From assembly GCA_964510885.1 (NCBI GenBank), contig CAZEDL010000002.1, positions 64,707 through 128,706 of the forward strand: a DNA stretch of 64,000 nucleotides. The letters are read 5' to 3'. This document shows, one piece after another, positions 18,995-29,532 of the stretch. The notes beneath the pieces were generated by a model. It had not been told where the DNA came from and did not search any database. It was given only the letters and a program-made list of their open reading frames with translations. The position numbers and the translations under genes were made by a program. The stretch is from an uncultured Gammaproteobacteria bacterium. Lineage in GTDB: Bacteria > Patescibacteriota > Patescibacteriia > Magasanikbacterales > GWA2-37-8. Each line of letters opens with the position of its first letter. The first letter of the stretch is position 1.

Positions 18995-20747
18995 AGAGGC
19001 GTTGTTTTTGCCAGAGCTCAAAGAAGCGGCCATGACTCTTAGACAACTCGGCAAAACTTCCTGATTCGATCAGACGACCATTCTCAAGCAGCAAGATACG
19101 ATCCATCTCCTGAATAGTTGTGAGCCGATGAGCAATAACTACAGCCGTAACTTGCTGAAAAAATTGGTGCAGTGAATCTTTGATTTTATCTTCTGACTCA
19201 AGGTCGAGATGCGACGTGGCTTCATCTAAAAATAAAATATCTGGTTGTTTGTGAATCGCCCTGGCAATACCGACGCGTTGTTTTTCACCGCCCGATAATT
19301 TAATGCCTTTTTCGCCGATAATGGTATCGATCCCGGACGGCAATTTGGACAGAAAGTCCGTTACATGGGCCACAGAGAGCGAAGTGGTCAGGCGGGAATC
19401 GTCAGCCCCGGCAGCTCCGAGGGTGATATTCTCGCGCAGAGAGAGGTTAAATACTTCGGTATCTTGGAGCACGACTGAAACGTGCTTGGTGTAAGAACTT
19501 TTTTTGATATTCCGAATAGAGACACCATCAAATAAGATATCACCGGTAAAACTTTCATATTCTTTCAAGAGGAGCTTGAAGAGTGTGGATTTGCCGGCGC
19601 CAGAGAGCCCCACGAGGCCAAGGCGCTCACCGCGGTGAATATCAAAGGTGACATTCTGCAGTACTGCCGTATCGCCATAGGCAAAGGACACATTGCGTAG
19701 CGAGATCGTGCGCCAGTCTGACGGGAAGTCCTGCTTGCCGGCATCGTTATCAATGCCGGGCTCGGCGGCAAACGTATCTGATAACCGGGCCAAATGATAG
19801 CGTGCAATGGTAATTTCTTGAGAAATACTCGACAACTCCTCCACCGAAGTCCGCAGCGTGGTGAAATAAAAATTAAATAACACTAAAAAACCAACTTCAT
19901 ACTGACCCTTGGTAATACCGATTACAATAACTACCACGGCCAGCACGCGAAAAATAACGGCCCAGTAACTTTGAATGGCAGTTTTGGAGCGAAACCGGCG
20001 AATGCGGCGCCGAATCGCGGCATACAAAATCTTGGTTTCCCGGATCAAGCGCTCTTCAAGGCCCGAGAACAAGCCCATGGCCTTCACCGTCCGAATATTA
20101 TTCAAAATTTCAAATGATAACCCACTGATATCTTCCTCATGCTGACTCACTATGCGCGCGGCGGCCGAAGCCCGGGCCGAGAGTGGAATCACGACGCACA
20201 AATAGGTAATTAAAAATAACAGCATGATCAGTGCAATCAAGCGATCCGTGAAGGCTAAAATGATAATCATGCCGCTAAAATTGATGATAATTTCAACGAC
20301 GTTATCGATCCAGATTTTTAAGAGTCGCTGCGTCCCTTCGCCGCCGCTGTCGATACGTTTCAGTTTGTTGCCGGTATTCTCTTGTTCGTGCCAATCAAGG
20401 TCAAGCAGGTTAAGATGCGATAGGCCGCGGAGCAAAATATCGATTTTGGCTCGTTCGGCTACGGTATAGCAGAGATATTTTGCGCTCTGGCGGGCAGTGA
20501 CGACATAAATATACGACAGCGACCAGCCGGCCAGAATATACCAAAAAGAATCGATCGGTTGGCCCGGCGTGTAGGTGGTAAAATAATCGATCATCCGGGC
20601 TAACAGCTGAACCGTGTACAGGTAGAGCGCATCAGCACTGACGCGAGCCAGGGTGGCGATAATAAAACGGCTCCGATACGGGGTAACGGAGCGGTAGAGG
20701 TCGGCTAGGAGTGATCGGTATGAATAGGTCTTAAAAACTTTTTTCAT
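18993..20747 (-). CDS. ABC exporter, fused permease/ATPase (MsbA/MdlB-like)
   Basis: Six TM N-domain, Walker A GLSGAGKST, signature LSGGEKQR and Walker B ILFLDEATS. Confidence 0.9.
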   Translation of the reverse strand: MKKVFKTYSYRSLLADLYRSVTPYRSRFIIATLARVSADALYLYTVQLLARMIDYFTTYTPGQPIDSFWYILAGWSLSYIYVVTARQSAKYLCYTVAERAKIDILLRGLSHLNLLDLDWHEQENTGNKLKRIDSGGEGTQRLLKIWIDNVVEIIINFSGMIIILAFTDRLIALIMLLFLITYLCVVIPLSARASAAARIVSQHEEDISGLSFEILNNIRTVKAMGLFSGLEERLIRETKILYAAIRRRIRRFRSKTAIQSYWAVIFRVLAVVVIVIGITKGQYEVGFLVLFNFYFTTLRTSVEELSSISQEITIARYHLARLSDTFAAEPGIDNDAGKQDFPSDWRTISLRNVSFAYGDTAVLQNVTFDIHRGERLGLVGLSGAGKSTLFKLLLKEYESFTGDILFDGVSIRNIKKSSYTKHVSVVLQDTEVFNLSLRENITLGAAGADDSRLTTSLSVAHVTDFLSKLPSGIDTIIGEKGIKLSGGEKQRVGIARAIHKQPDILFLDEATSHLDLESEDKIKDSLHQFFQQVTAVVIAHRLTTIQEMDRILLLENGRLIESGSFAELSKSHGRFFELWQKQRL

Positions 20748-20796
20748 AGGAGCTATACCATACCGCCCGGAGGCCTAGCTGGTCAACTGTGCTAGA

Positions 20797-21321
20797 TTAT
20801 TTTTTGCCACGCGCAACAGCGGCAAGAATAGCGGCGGAGTGAGCGGTAAACAACTGCAGTTTTGGCTCGGCTAATAAGGGTGAAGCATCTGCGAACGGAA
20901 TAGTGATTTCGATGGCGGGCTGATCCTTAACCGTGGCTGCTGTGATGCGTTCAGGGAGGGTGGTGAAGACTAAATACCCCGGATCAAGCAAGAATCCGCC
21001 CATCAGATCGCTCGGACTTAATTTTGGCCCTGGTATCGCATAATTTATCACGGCACGCAGGGGATATTTTTTCTTATTACTAACTAGCCACGGCTTTAAA
21101 GAGAGAATGATCCGCTGATTTGTTACCACTACATACACGCTGCGAAACCAAGTTTTGATACGCTCGGTGCCACGGAATAATTCTTCAAGCCGTACTCCTT
21201 CTTCTTCATACAGCACTACTTCGCCTGGTATCGGAGATAATTTGCCGTAGGTAGCATGTCTAAGCAAGTAGACAATCCCGGCCACGAGGATTAAAAAAAT
21301 AACTAGGATCGCTATGTTCAT
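20797..21321 (-). CDS. membrane protein with bacterial PH-like (bPH) domain
   Basis: N-terminal TM helix and a ...VVTNQRIIL... bPH-like core. The start codon overlaps the upstream stop (ATGA). Confidence 0.55.
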   Translation of the reverse strand: MNIAILVIFLILVAGIVYLLRHATYGKLSPIPGEVVLYEEEGVRLEELFRGTERIKTWFRSVYVVVTNQRIILSLKPWLVSNKKKYPLRAVINYAIPGPKLSPSDLMGGFLLDPGYLVFTTLPERITAATVKDQPAIEITIPFADASPLLAEPKLQLFTAHSAAILAAVARGKK

Positions 21322-21653
21322 ACAATAGAGGTCTTAGACAACGATTTAAGTGATGGTTTAGAGCTAGCGTCGTAGGGGCGTGAAGATTTTTCAGCCAGGA
21401 TAAAGCCAGCATCAGCCAAACTTTTGGCCAATCGTTCATAGCGGCTTAGCTTGGGGTGGGAGTCGCGTTGCACACTCTCGGCTAAACGCTCAAAATCTCC
21501 GACTGAAATCAAGACTGCTTTCGGTTCACCGTGCTCGGTGAGTGTGATCGCCTTGCCGGAAGCTGCCACCGCATCGGTGAGGCTAAATAGCTGGGTGCGG
21601 GCAGCAGTGAGCGAGATCGCGGTTGGCACTCGGCGAGAAATTTTTTTCTTCAT
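21318..21653 (-). CDS. Phd/YefM-family antitoxin-like protein
   Basis: ISLTAARTQLFSLTDAVAASGKAITLTEHGEPKAVLISVGDFERL matches the Phd/YefM fold pattern, with an extended C-terminal tail. Confidence 0.65.
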   Translation of the reverse strand: MKKKISRRVPTAISLTAARTQLFSLTDAVAASGKAITLTEHGEPKAVLISVGDFERLAESVQRDSHPKLSRYERLAKSLADAGFILAEKSSRPYDASSKPSLKSLSKTSIV

Positions 21654-21659
21654 AGCGTG

Positions 21660-22175
21660 CTAATTAATAATTCCTTTTAAGAGCCCAAACGGCAATTCGA
21701 TAGCACTGGCCGGATCGCTGGCCCGCGCAACCAGGACCCGTTTCGTGCCAACGGCGCATAAGGCCCATTCTGCGCCGAGCACTCGGGCTTTGTGGAGTGC
21801 ACGGACAAATGATTCGTGGTGTTGGCGATTATTAATCGAGGCGCGATTACATTCGAGCACTAATAGCGGCTCTGTTTTGCCAGCATCACGATAGACCACT
21901 ATCGGAGCTTTTTTACGATTATTGCGCGGCAATGATACATTGATCGCAACCCGAGACAGCGGAATATCGAATACTTCGACGAGGGCCAGCACGCTCGCTG
22001 CCCGCATCTGTTCGTAGGGTTCCTGCCCAGAATAGTCGGGCGCTACTTGGGTCTGGTAATTTACGCGTGGTTGTTCGTAGAGCATCCAGCTCTGAATACA
22101 GGTCGGCCCTGACCACATAGCACTTGAGACCAGAAACCCAGGAAATATACTGACCGGGATAGCATAAGCAGACAT
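21660..22175 (-). CDS. stand-alone PD-(D/E)xK nuclease-like protein (HsdR-N / Mrr-cat-like)
   Basis: APIVVYRDAGKTEPLLVLECNRA resembles the D...(D/E)xK core of the type I R-subunit N-terminal domain. Confidence 0.5.
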   Translation of the reverse strand: MSAYAIPVSIFPGFLVSSAMWSGPTCIQSWMLYEQPRVNYQTQVAPDYSGQEPYEQMRAASVLALVEVFDIPLSRVAINVSLPRNNRKKAPIVVYRDAGKTEPLLVLECNRASINNRQHHESFVRALHKARVLGAEWALCAVGTKRVLVARASDPASAIELPFGLLKGIIN

Positions 22176-22185
22176 ATGTTTTAAT

Positions 22186-22854
22186 TTAAGAAATAATCCC
22201 TTTATCTTTTAGGCTAATATAGCCACGCGCTCCTACAATCACATGGTCAAGGAGAGTAATGCCAAGTATCTGGCCTGCTTCGGCCAGCCGTTTGGTTAGT
22301 ATAATGTCGTTTTCTGAGGGGGTGGGGTCTCCGGAGGGATGATTATGGGCGATGATGATCTCGGCGGCCACCTGGCGCACGGCCGGCTCGAAAATTTCAC
22401 GCGGGTGGATCAGACTGGCATTCAAAATCCCGATCGCCACCACCTCGCGCTTAATAATTTGATGTACCGTATCAAGATAAAACACCAGGCAATGTTCTTT
22501 TTTAAGGGGAATAATGTCTTTTAGCTCTGCAAATACTTCGGCCGGAGACAATAATAGCGCCGCTTGTTTTTGATGCAGGGCGCGGCGGCCGAGCTCGAGT
22601 GCAGCTACGATTTCGAGGGCTTTTACTGTGCCAACGCCAAGCGTCTGACTCAAATCAGACACCGAGGCGGTGGCTAACCCCTTGATTCCAAACCGCCGCA
22701 ATAGATTCCGCCCGACTTCCACAGCGTTCAGCCCGGCAGTGCCGGTGCGCAGCAGAATGGCTAATAATTCCGATGTAGATAATTTATTTGGCCCATAGGC
22801 CAACAATTTTTCGCGCGGGCGATCTACCCGCGGCACCTCCTTAATTGTGGGCAT
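22186..22854 (-). CDS. radC: RadC-like JAB/MPN domain protein
   Basis: HhH N-terminal region and the HNHPSGDPTPSENDIILTKRL JAMM motif. Confidence 0.9.
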   Translation of the reverse strand: MPTIKEVPRVDRPREKLLAYGPNKLSTSELLAILLRTGTAGLNAVEVGRNLLRRFGIKGLATASVSDLSQTLGVGTVKALEIVAALELGRRALHQKQAALLLSPAEVFAELKDIIPLKKEHCLVFYLDTVHQIIKREVVAIGILNASLIHPREIFEPAVRQVAAEIIIAHNHPSGDPTPSENDIILTKRLAEAGQILGITLLDHVIVGARGYISLKDKGIIS

Positions 22855-22983
22855 GCTGAAATTTTTATGTTATTAAAAGAAGAGTTAGTGGGGCTCGATA
22901 TGAGTTTTGATATGTACATTATAGTGTACATATCTATTTTTTGTCAAAAGTGCTTATTTATAGAGTTTTGCGAACACCACTCT

Positions 22984-23164
22984 TGTCATTACCGCGCAGG
23001 CGGGAATCCATACACCAACTGTCATCCTGAGCGTTAGCGAAGGATCCCTTAACGCTAACTCCATACCCACTTTTGACTTTAAGGGATTCTTCGTTTCACT
23101 CAGAATGACAAATTGGTTATAAGTGCGATGCGTGACTGGATTCCCGCCTGCGCGGGAATGACAG
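22984..23164. repeat. nested palindromic MITE/REP-like element
   Basis: Outer inverted repeat tgtcattaccgcgcaggcgggaatcca / tggattcccgcctgcgcgggaatgaca; inner gtcatcctgagcgttagcgaaggatccc / gggattcttcgtttcactcagaatgac. Confidence 0.8.
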
Positions 23165-23239
23165 TATAGGATAACTCGCACTTATCACAACTTGCTCCAG
23201 AAGTAATCACCTGTTACGATATACCTTCTTATCAACCCC

Positions 23240-25081
23240 ATGCCTACTGCGCTCGAAATTCTTCAACACACGTTTGGGTATAGCGAATTCCGCTCTCCTC
23301 AAGCCGATATTATTGCCGCTGTGGCAGCCGGCCACGATACCTTTGTGCTGATGCCGACTGGTGGGGGCAAATCGCTCTGTTACCAAGTGCCAGCACTGAT
23401 GCTCCCGGGCCTGACGGTCGTTATCTCTCCACTGATTGCTTTGATGAAAGACCAGGTAGATGCCTTGCGCCTCAATGGGATTAAAGCAGCCTATCTTAAT
23501 TCTTCACTAGATCCAGTCGAGCGCGACCGCATAATGGGCGCACTTAGCCGACGAGAGCTTAGTTTATTATATATTTCACCCGAGCGGCTGTTTGCAAACG
23601 AGCAACAATTTTTAGGGTGGTTAAAAAAATTGCCGATTGCCTTATTTGCTATTGACGAAGCCCATTGTATTTCACAATGGGGACATGATTTTCGTCCGGA
23701 GTATCGGCTATTATCGCATCTTAAAACTGAATTCCCAACGGTGCCGACGATTGCGCTCACCGCCACTGCGGACCAATTGACCCAGGCCGATATTATTAAA
23801 AAACTAGCACTCCGTGAGCCAAAAATTTTTAAATCGAGCTTCAATCGAGCCAACATTCACTATACGATTGAACCCAAAAAAGGAATGTACTCTCGATTAA
23901 TTGAATATCTGATCGAACATCGTGATGATTCAGGGATTATTTATACTTTGTCACGTAGTTCGGCGGAGAGCCTGGCCGCTGATTTGCGGAGCGAAGGGTT
24001 TGCGGCTGCGCCGTATCATGCAGGCCTTGATAGCATCGTGCGCGAACGACACCAGGATCGATTTTTAAAAGATGATATTAAGATTATTGTAGCTACGATT
24101 GCGTTTGGCATGGGGATTAATAAGTCAAATGTGCGATTCGTGATTCATGCTGATTTACCCAAAAATATCGAGAGCTATTACCAGGAAACTGGCCGGGCTG
24201 GGCGTGACGGACTTAAAAGTGATGCCCTCTTGTTTTATAGCGGCGGCGATGTGTTGAAGCTCCGGCGGTTTGCGCAGGTGGAAAATAACCCGGAACAAAC
24301 CCGGATCATGCTGCATAAATTGCAGCAAATGGCCGATCTGTGCGAAGCGCACAGCTGCCGACGTAAACGACTGCTCGAATATTTTGGCGAGGCGTTTGCG
24401 GCCTCGGCTTGCGATAGCTGTGATGCGTGTTTGACGGATTATGAACATTTTGACGGCACAATCATCGCTCAAAAGGCCTTATCGGCCGCGCTCAGACTGA
24501 ACGGCTCGCACGGCCTTACATATCTCGTAGAATTTTTGCGCGGGTCTAAGTCTGGCAAAATAAAAGATGAGCACAAAGCCCTTAAAACATATGGTGTCGG
24601 AGCGGAATTTTCTAAAGTGCAGTGGTTTTCGTATATTAAAGATCTAATGGCCGCTGGGTTTCTGAGGCAAAACGGGGCTGAGTACCCGGTGATCCAGGTG
24701 ACACAAAAAAGTGTACCGGTGTTGAAGGGGCTAGAACGAGTAGATTTGGTGCGGACGCGAGTGACGCGCGCGGCCGAGACGGTGGAATTACCACATGAAG
24801 CACCTCTTCTCACCACGCTCAAAACGGTGCGAACGAGCCTCGCGGCAGCGGAAAATGTTCCGGCGTATCTTGTCTTTTCGGATGCGACGCTGCTTGAAAT
24901 GGCTACCTATCTCCCCCAGAGTCTTGATGACATGCATAAGATTTCGGGTTTTGGCGAGGTCAAGCTGGCGCGCTATGGCGCAGCCTTCCTGGAACCAATT
25001 ACAACTTATTGTGCAGAGCAACAACTACAGACGCGCATGTCTCAAAAAATCCCTAAACGGCGACGGAGCCGAGCTGCATAA
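23240..25081 (+). CDS. recQ: ATP-dependent DNA helicase RecQ
   Basis: Motifs I through VI (PTGGGKSLCYQ, DEAHCISQWGHDFRPEY), a Zn-binding Cys cluster and a C-terminal HRDC-like region. Confidence 0.95.
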   Translation: MPTALEILQHTFGYSEFRSPQADIIAAVAAGHDTFVLMPTGGGKSLCYQVPALMLPGLTVVISPLIALMKDQVDALRLNGIKAAYLNSSLDPVERDRIMGALSRRELSLLYISPERLFANEQQFLGWLKKLPIALFAIDEAHCISQWGHDFRPEYRLLSHLKTEFPTVPTIALTATADQLTQADIIKKLALREPKIFKSSFNRANIHYTIEPKKGMYSRLIEYLIEHRDDSGIIYTLSRSSAESLAADLRSEGFAAAPYHAGLDSIVRERHQDRFLKDDIKIIVATIAFGMGINKSNVRFVIHADLPKNIESYYQETGRAGRDGLKSDALLFYSGGDVLKLRRFAQVENNPEQTRIMLHKLQQMADLCEAHSCRRKRLLEYFGEAFAASACDSCDACLTDYEHFDGTIIAQKALSAALRLNGSHGLTYLVEFLRGSKSGKIKDEHKALKTYGVGAEFSKVQWFSYIKDLMAAGFLRQNGAEYPVIQVTQKSVPVLKGLERVDLVRTRVTRAAETVELPHEAPLLTTLKTVRTSLAAAENVPAYLVFSDATLLEMATYLPQSLDDMHKISGFGEVKLARYGAAFLEPITTYCAEQQLQTRMSQKIPKRRRSRAA

Positions 25082-25179
25082 TCACGTGCTTCTCTAGGTT
25101 AGAATTTGCTATACTGACCGTGTAATGGAAACGTAGCGGGCACGTCGTCTATAATTAGACATACTCTCTCTAAAACTTT

Positions 25180-26007
25180 ATGAAGAATAATACTGGTCCT
25201 GTTATCACTTCGATTGGCATGGCTTTCCTTACGCTCACTATCGCTACCGGTTTTATGTTGCGCGGACATGTGCTGCATGAATCAGATGAAGCCTACCCAA
25301 CTGAACCGATTATCCTGCCACTAACCGATGACGCGGCTCTTGCCAACGACCGCACCGGTGCAACCCAGGCACCGCCGGCCAAAAAATCAGTGGACCAGGT
25401 AGCCACTCCTACATCACCAACCAAACTGATTTTGGAACCAGTGGCTTTCATTTCGCAAGCTCCACGCGGCCAATGGGATAATCAGGATTTTCAGGATGGC
25501 TGCGAAGAAGCGTCGATCCTCATGGCGATGAACTGGGCCACAGGAGCTACCCTTAATATGCGCGATGCTACCACTGATATACAGCGACTGATTGATTGGC
25601 AGCATGCTTCCCCTGGCGGCTACCACCATGATATTTCTGTTCATGATACAGCCCAATTAATCCGCGATTACTACCATTATGAGCCAGTCACGATCCGAGA
25701 AGAGGTTACGGCCCAAACGCTGATCGATATTTTGGGTGATGGCAGCGTGATCATTGCACCGGTTAATGGACAGCTGCTTGATAATCCCTATTTCACTGCT
25801 CCGGGACCGGAATACCACATGCTGGTAGTGATTGGGTATGATCCGGTAAAAAAAGAATTTATCACTAATGACCCAGGCACCCGGCGCGGCAAACAATTTC
25901 GCTATAAAGAAGCGCAATTCATGACGGCCCTGCGCGATTATCCGAGCGGACACCATGAACCGATCACTGAACATAATAAACGCATTATTATAGTGAATAA
26001 GCGGTAG
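25180..26007 (+). CDS. secreted peptidase C39-like domain protein
   Basis: N-terminal TM/signal region and QWDNQDFQDGCEEASILMAMNW, the catalytic-Cys region of the Peptidase_C39_2 pattern. Confidence 0.5.
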   Translation: MKNNTGPVITSIGMAFLTLTIATGFMLRGHVLHESDEAYPTEPIILPLTDDAALANDRTGATQAPPAKKSVDQVATPTSPTKLILEPVAFISQAPRGQWDNQDFQDGCEEASILMAMNWATGATLNMRDATTDIQRLIDWQHASPGGYHHDISVHDTAQLIRDYYHYEPVTIREEVTAQTLIDILGDGSVIIAPVNGQLLDNPYFTAPGPEYHMLVVIGYDPVKKEFITNDPGTRRGKQFRYKEAQFMTALRDYPSGHHEPITEHNKRIIIVNKR

Positions 26008-26586
26008 TCTTTGAAAAATCACTGGCGTAAATCGGTGTTTTTTAATAAATACCCCCGGGTCCGAACCCCGAGATATCGGGTGGTCTGTCTAGGGCAATAT
26101 ACTAAACAAGGTAAATCGTCCATTATAAATCTGTTTTTAACCGGGCGTACCTTGATTGGAGATATAATTTTTGATCATGGCCTCGTTACCGTATTGACCT
26201 ACGTGTTGACATAGCACCTACTTGTCCAAAGGTTGCTGCCTCATAGTATATTCTTAATTTTGGAATACGCCTTAAGTAGGGCCTTAGTGGTGACACTTTT
26301 GATGGTTTTGACCAGATCGCTGACTGATATATTCGGGATACCTTGAACCAAGCAATAGACATGATTATCATTAGATCCAATTTCAAGAAAATTCATTTGA
26401 TAGCAGGCACCAATTTCTAAACAGGTTTTTGAACCTTTGCTCTACATATTACATTCCCGCCCCGTGGCAGCGAGAAACCACTGCGGTTTCTCGTGTTCTT
26501 TCCTCATGAATATTCCAGCGCAGAGCTTTGAGGAATAGAAGATTACCGGTCTTAACTGCCTGGGCTTGATGAAGTAGTACAGCCGA

Positions 26587-26676
26587 TTGTCGTCCTGAGC
26601 CTAGTGAAGGCCCCCTTGAAGCCAACTATGCAGAAAGTAGGCGTTGAAGGACTCTTCGCTGCACCCAGAATGACAA
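26587..26676. repeat. palindromic MITE/REP-like unit
   Basis: ttgtcgtcctgagcctagtgaagg ... cttcgctgcacccagaatgacaa inverted pair, the same family as the 5.5 kb and 23.0 kb elements. Confidence 0.65.
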
Positions 26677-26766
26677 TCATGCACCAAGCTCTAAAAGCCT
26701 AGTAATATTGACAACGAATCTCAAACAGACCACCACACTTGGTGTACTACTTTTAACGAAAGCTCT

Positions 26767-29532
26767 ATGCATTATCGTTTTATTTCTTGTGTCCTGCTAT
26801 TATTTACGATTATTTTTATTACCGTCGAGCCACGGGCGACTGCTGCCACTGAGCCCTCGCCTCCTTCTCACCCCAGAATTTTATTGACGACTGACACGAT
26901 GGCCACGCTCAGGAAAAAGATGGCGGCAAAAGACTTGGCTTGGCTGGCCTTACAATCGCAATGCAACTCGGTTGCAGGGAAAGGCGTCGAATATCCGGAT
27001 GGCGAAGATTATAGCAATACAACGCTTGGCGAAGGCTACCAAGGTGAAAATTATTTTGACCCTCTTCTTAACCTTGGGCTCTGTTACCAATTAGTGAAAA
27101 CTACTGATCCCGCGGCGGCCAGTCGCTACGCGAAACGCGGTGTTGAACTACTTGCTAAGATATCTATTCCAAAAGGAAAAACTCATTACCAAGACCCACT
27201 GCGTGACAGTGGCTATGGGATTCGTTTTTTCGGGGTGGGTATGGCTATTGGCTATGATTGGCTGTATGAAGCACTGACACCGGGCGAGCGGACACAAGTA
27301 TATACTTCCTTAAATCATTGGATCGCGGACTTTGAGCGCGCTGGTTTTGGCCGTCAGCATCCCCAAGGGAATTATTTTGCGGGTTACTATGCAGCTAAAG
27401 CGTTAGCCGCCATTGCGACTGCTGGTGATAATCCTACCGCCTCTACACTCTGGGATTCATGGCTTACTACCCAGCATTATGGTTTTGTAGTGCCATATTA
27501 TACCAAGTGGCTGAAGGGTGGGGGTTGGCCGGAGGGGTGGAATTATGGGCCGCTGGGGACTATCAATATGCTGTGGCCAACCATTGGCGCCTTGACCGGT
27601 AAGAATCTGAACCTGATAACTTCTACAGATAAACCGTTTTCTTTCTTAGAAGATCAGGCAGCTTACTTACTGTATTTTCTCTGGCCAAACCAGCGAACAA
27701 TGGATGATCGGGGCGCTCTCTATGCCGGCGATAATCCGGCGGGAGCTAATGTAAAAGTATATACATTTTTAGCCGGGACCCTCAGCCAATTTAATCGCTC
27801 GGACGCAGCCTGGTTTCAGCGACTGAGCCGCGAAGTGCGGGCTAGTAATAGCGCATCTGCAAACCCAGCGTGGGAAGAATTATTATTTTGGGACTCAGAG
27901 AGTCCGGAAGTGGATTACACTACCAAGCCCTTATCGTATGTCGCAACCGGGCTAAATCAGGTAGCGGTGCGCTCGTCATGGAGTTCGGACGCGGTATGGG
28001 CCTCGTTTAGCTCGGGACCGTATATTAATTATCCTGGTTCTGGTGAACAATCTTTTGATCAAGGGGGATTAGCGATCGTAAAAGGTGGTACGCCATTTTT
28101 AGTCAATCCAGCTGGGGCACTATTACGTAATAAAATTCCAGGCAAAGCCGATAAAAATTTTGGCAATGAATTATATGCCGATGCGTACGATACCCGGCCA
28201 CGCACTTTGAACAATGTTTTTTACCCAGGTAAAGGCCAGCTAGCCAACTCTCCGAGCCTATCTTCACCACCTGAAGCGCCACGCACGCGCCTGACGGATT
28301 TTGAAGAAGCGGGAACATATGTCGCCTGGAAAGGAACTGAGCTGGCCGATATGTACCCTGCTAAGACAGCAACGACATGGGATCGTGAAGTAGTCTACCT
28401 GCGGCCAGGTATATTTATTGTTCATGACCAGACAACCATTCCGAACCCAGCAGTTGACCAATATCAAGGCTTTCATCTCACCTATACTCCCGAAGAAATT
28501 GCGGCTCCCGATACGAATAGCCATCGTTTCGCCGTGACTCAAAATGGACAACGTCTTGGTACGGTGACTACGCTTTGGCCAGTGAAAAATAAAACCACGC
28601 TGCGCAATGTTTTTAATAGTAATAAAGTGTACCGGTTGGAAGTACGGCCAAATGAACCCCAAGGAAGTGTGGATTGGTTAACGGTATTTGATGTCACCAC
28701 TACCGACGGACAGACCAACACTCTTAAACGACTGATCCCACTCAGGGGTGCAGGTCAGGGGGTACTGGCTACGGTAACTGGCCGGGCAGCGGCCGTATTG
28801 TTTGTCACTCATCCAACAGAGTTGGTATCGTATACAGTACCTGCGGAGACGACCGAGCACATTGTGACGCAACTTATTCCTGGTAATCGGTATGATATTT
28901 CCACTAAAAAAGTTGGTACGGCTTATGAAATTACGATTGCTCCTGGCACTATGGTAGTGGCCAGCGCCGCGGGCCGACTTCATTTTACAGCTAGTGCTGA
29001 CGGGGTAACGCTGAATCCTGCCTCATCTCCTATCCATCCCACTACCCTACCTCCTAATAATCCGACTACTCCGAGTACTCCTCGAACCACGAAAACTGTG
29101 TATCAATTAAAAAATAATGTGCGTGGCGTTACTTTTTTGACTAGTTCCGAAACAGAAAAAAACCGCCTGTTAGGCAGTCCGCGCATCTGGTCGCTTACTG
29201 ATGAAACGTTTCAGGTCAGTACTGGCAATTGTGAGACTAACAATGAGCTACCGGTGTACCGATTTTCTCGGGCTGATGGCGGTGATTATATGTACACTAA
29301 AAATGTGACTGAAATTGCACTACTAAGCCGGTGGCGTGGCTGGAAAAATAATGGTTCGGTGTTTTGTGCCACCACGACCCGCTCCGATAATAATCTGCCA
29401 GTGTATCGTTTTTATGATCTTAGCCGTAACATTCATGAATTTACGGCCGACCCCGCGATCTATTCCGTTCGGCGCGCGACTCCTGGTCGTTATCGTTATG
29501 AAGGAGTAGCATTTTATGGATTCCCTCGGTAG
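26767..29532 (+). CDS. large secreted protein; possible polysaccharide-lyase (heparinase II/III-like) N-region with C-terminal PVYRF...HxFT repeats
   Basis: Signal peptide, a 921-aa body and two C-terminal LPVYRF... repeat units. The enzyme family assignment is tentative. Confidence 0.4.
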   Translation: MHYRFISCVLLLFTIIFITVEPRATAATEPSPPSHPRILLTTDTMATLRKKMAAKDLAWLALQSQCNSVAGKGVEYPDGEDYSNTTLGEGYQGENYFDPLLNLGLCYQLVKTTDPAAASRYAKRGVELLAKISIPKGKTHYQDPLRDSGYGIRFFGVGMAIGYDWLYEALTPGERTQVYTSLNHWIADFERAGFGRQHPQGNYFAGYYAAKALAAIATAGDNPTASTLWDSWLTTQHYGFVVPYYTKWLKGGGWPEGWNYGPLGTINMLWPTIGALTGKNLNLITSTDKPFSFLEDQAAYLLYFLWPNQRTMDDRGALYAGDNPAGANVKVYTFLAGTLSQFNRSDAAWFQRLSREVRASNSASANPAWEELLFWDSESPEVDYTTKPLSYVATGLNQVAVRSSWSSDAVWASFSSGPYINYPGSGEQSFDQGGLAIVKGGTPFLVNPAGALLRNKIPGKADKNFGNELYADAYDTRPRTLNNVFYPGKGQLANSPSLSSPPEAPRTRLTDFEEAGTYVAWKGTELADMYPAKTATTWDREVVYLRPGIFIVHDQTTIPNPAVDQYQGFHLTYTPEEIAAPDTNSHRFAVTQNGQRLGTVTTLWPVKNKTTLRNVFNSNKVYRLEVRPNEPQGSVDWLTVFDVTTTDGQTNTLKRLIPLRGAGQGVLATVTGRAAAVLFVTHPTELVSYTVPAETTEHIVTQLIPGNRYDISTKKVGTAYEITIAPGTMVVASAAGRLHFTASADGVTLNPASSPIHPTTLPPNNPTTPSTPRTTKTVYQLKNNVRGVTFLTSSETEKNRLLGSPRIWSLTDETFQVSTGNCETNNELPVYRFSRADGGDYMYTKNVTEIALLSRWRGWKNNGSVFCATTTRSDNNLPVYRFYDLSRNIHEFTADPAIYSVRRATPGRYRYEGVAFYGFPR

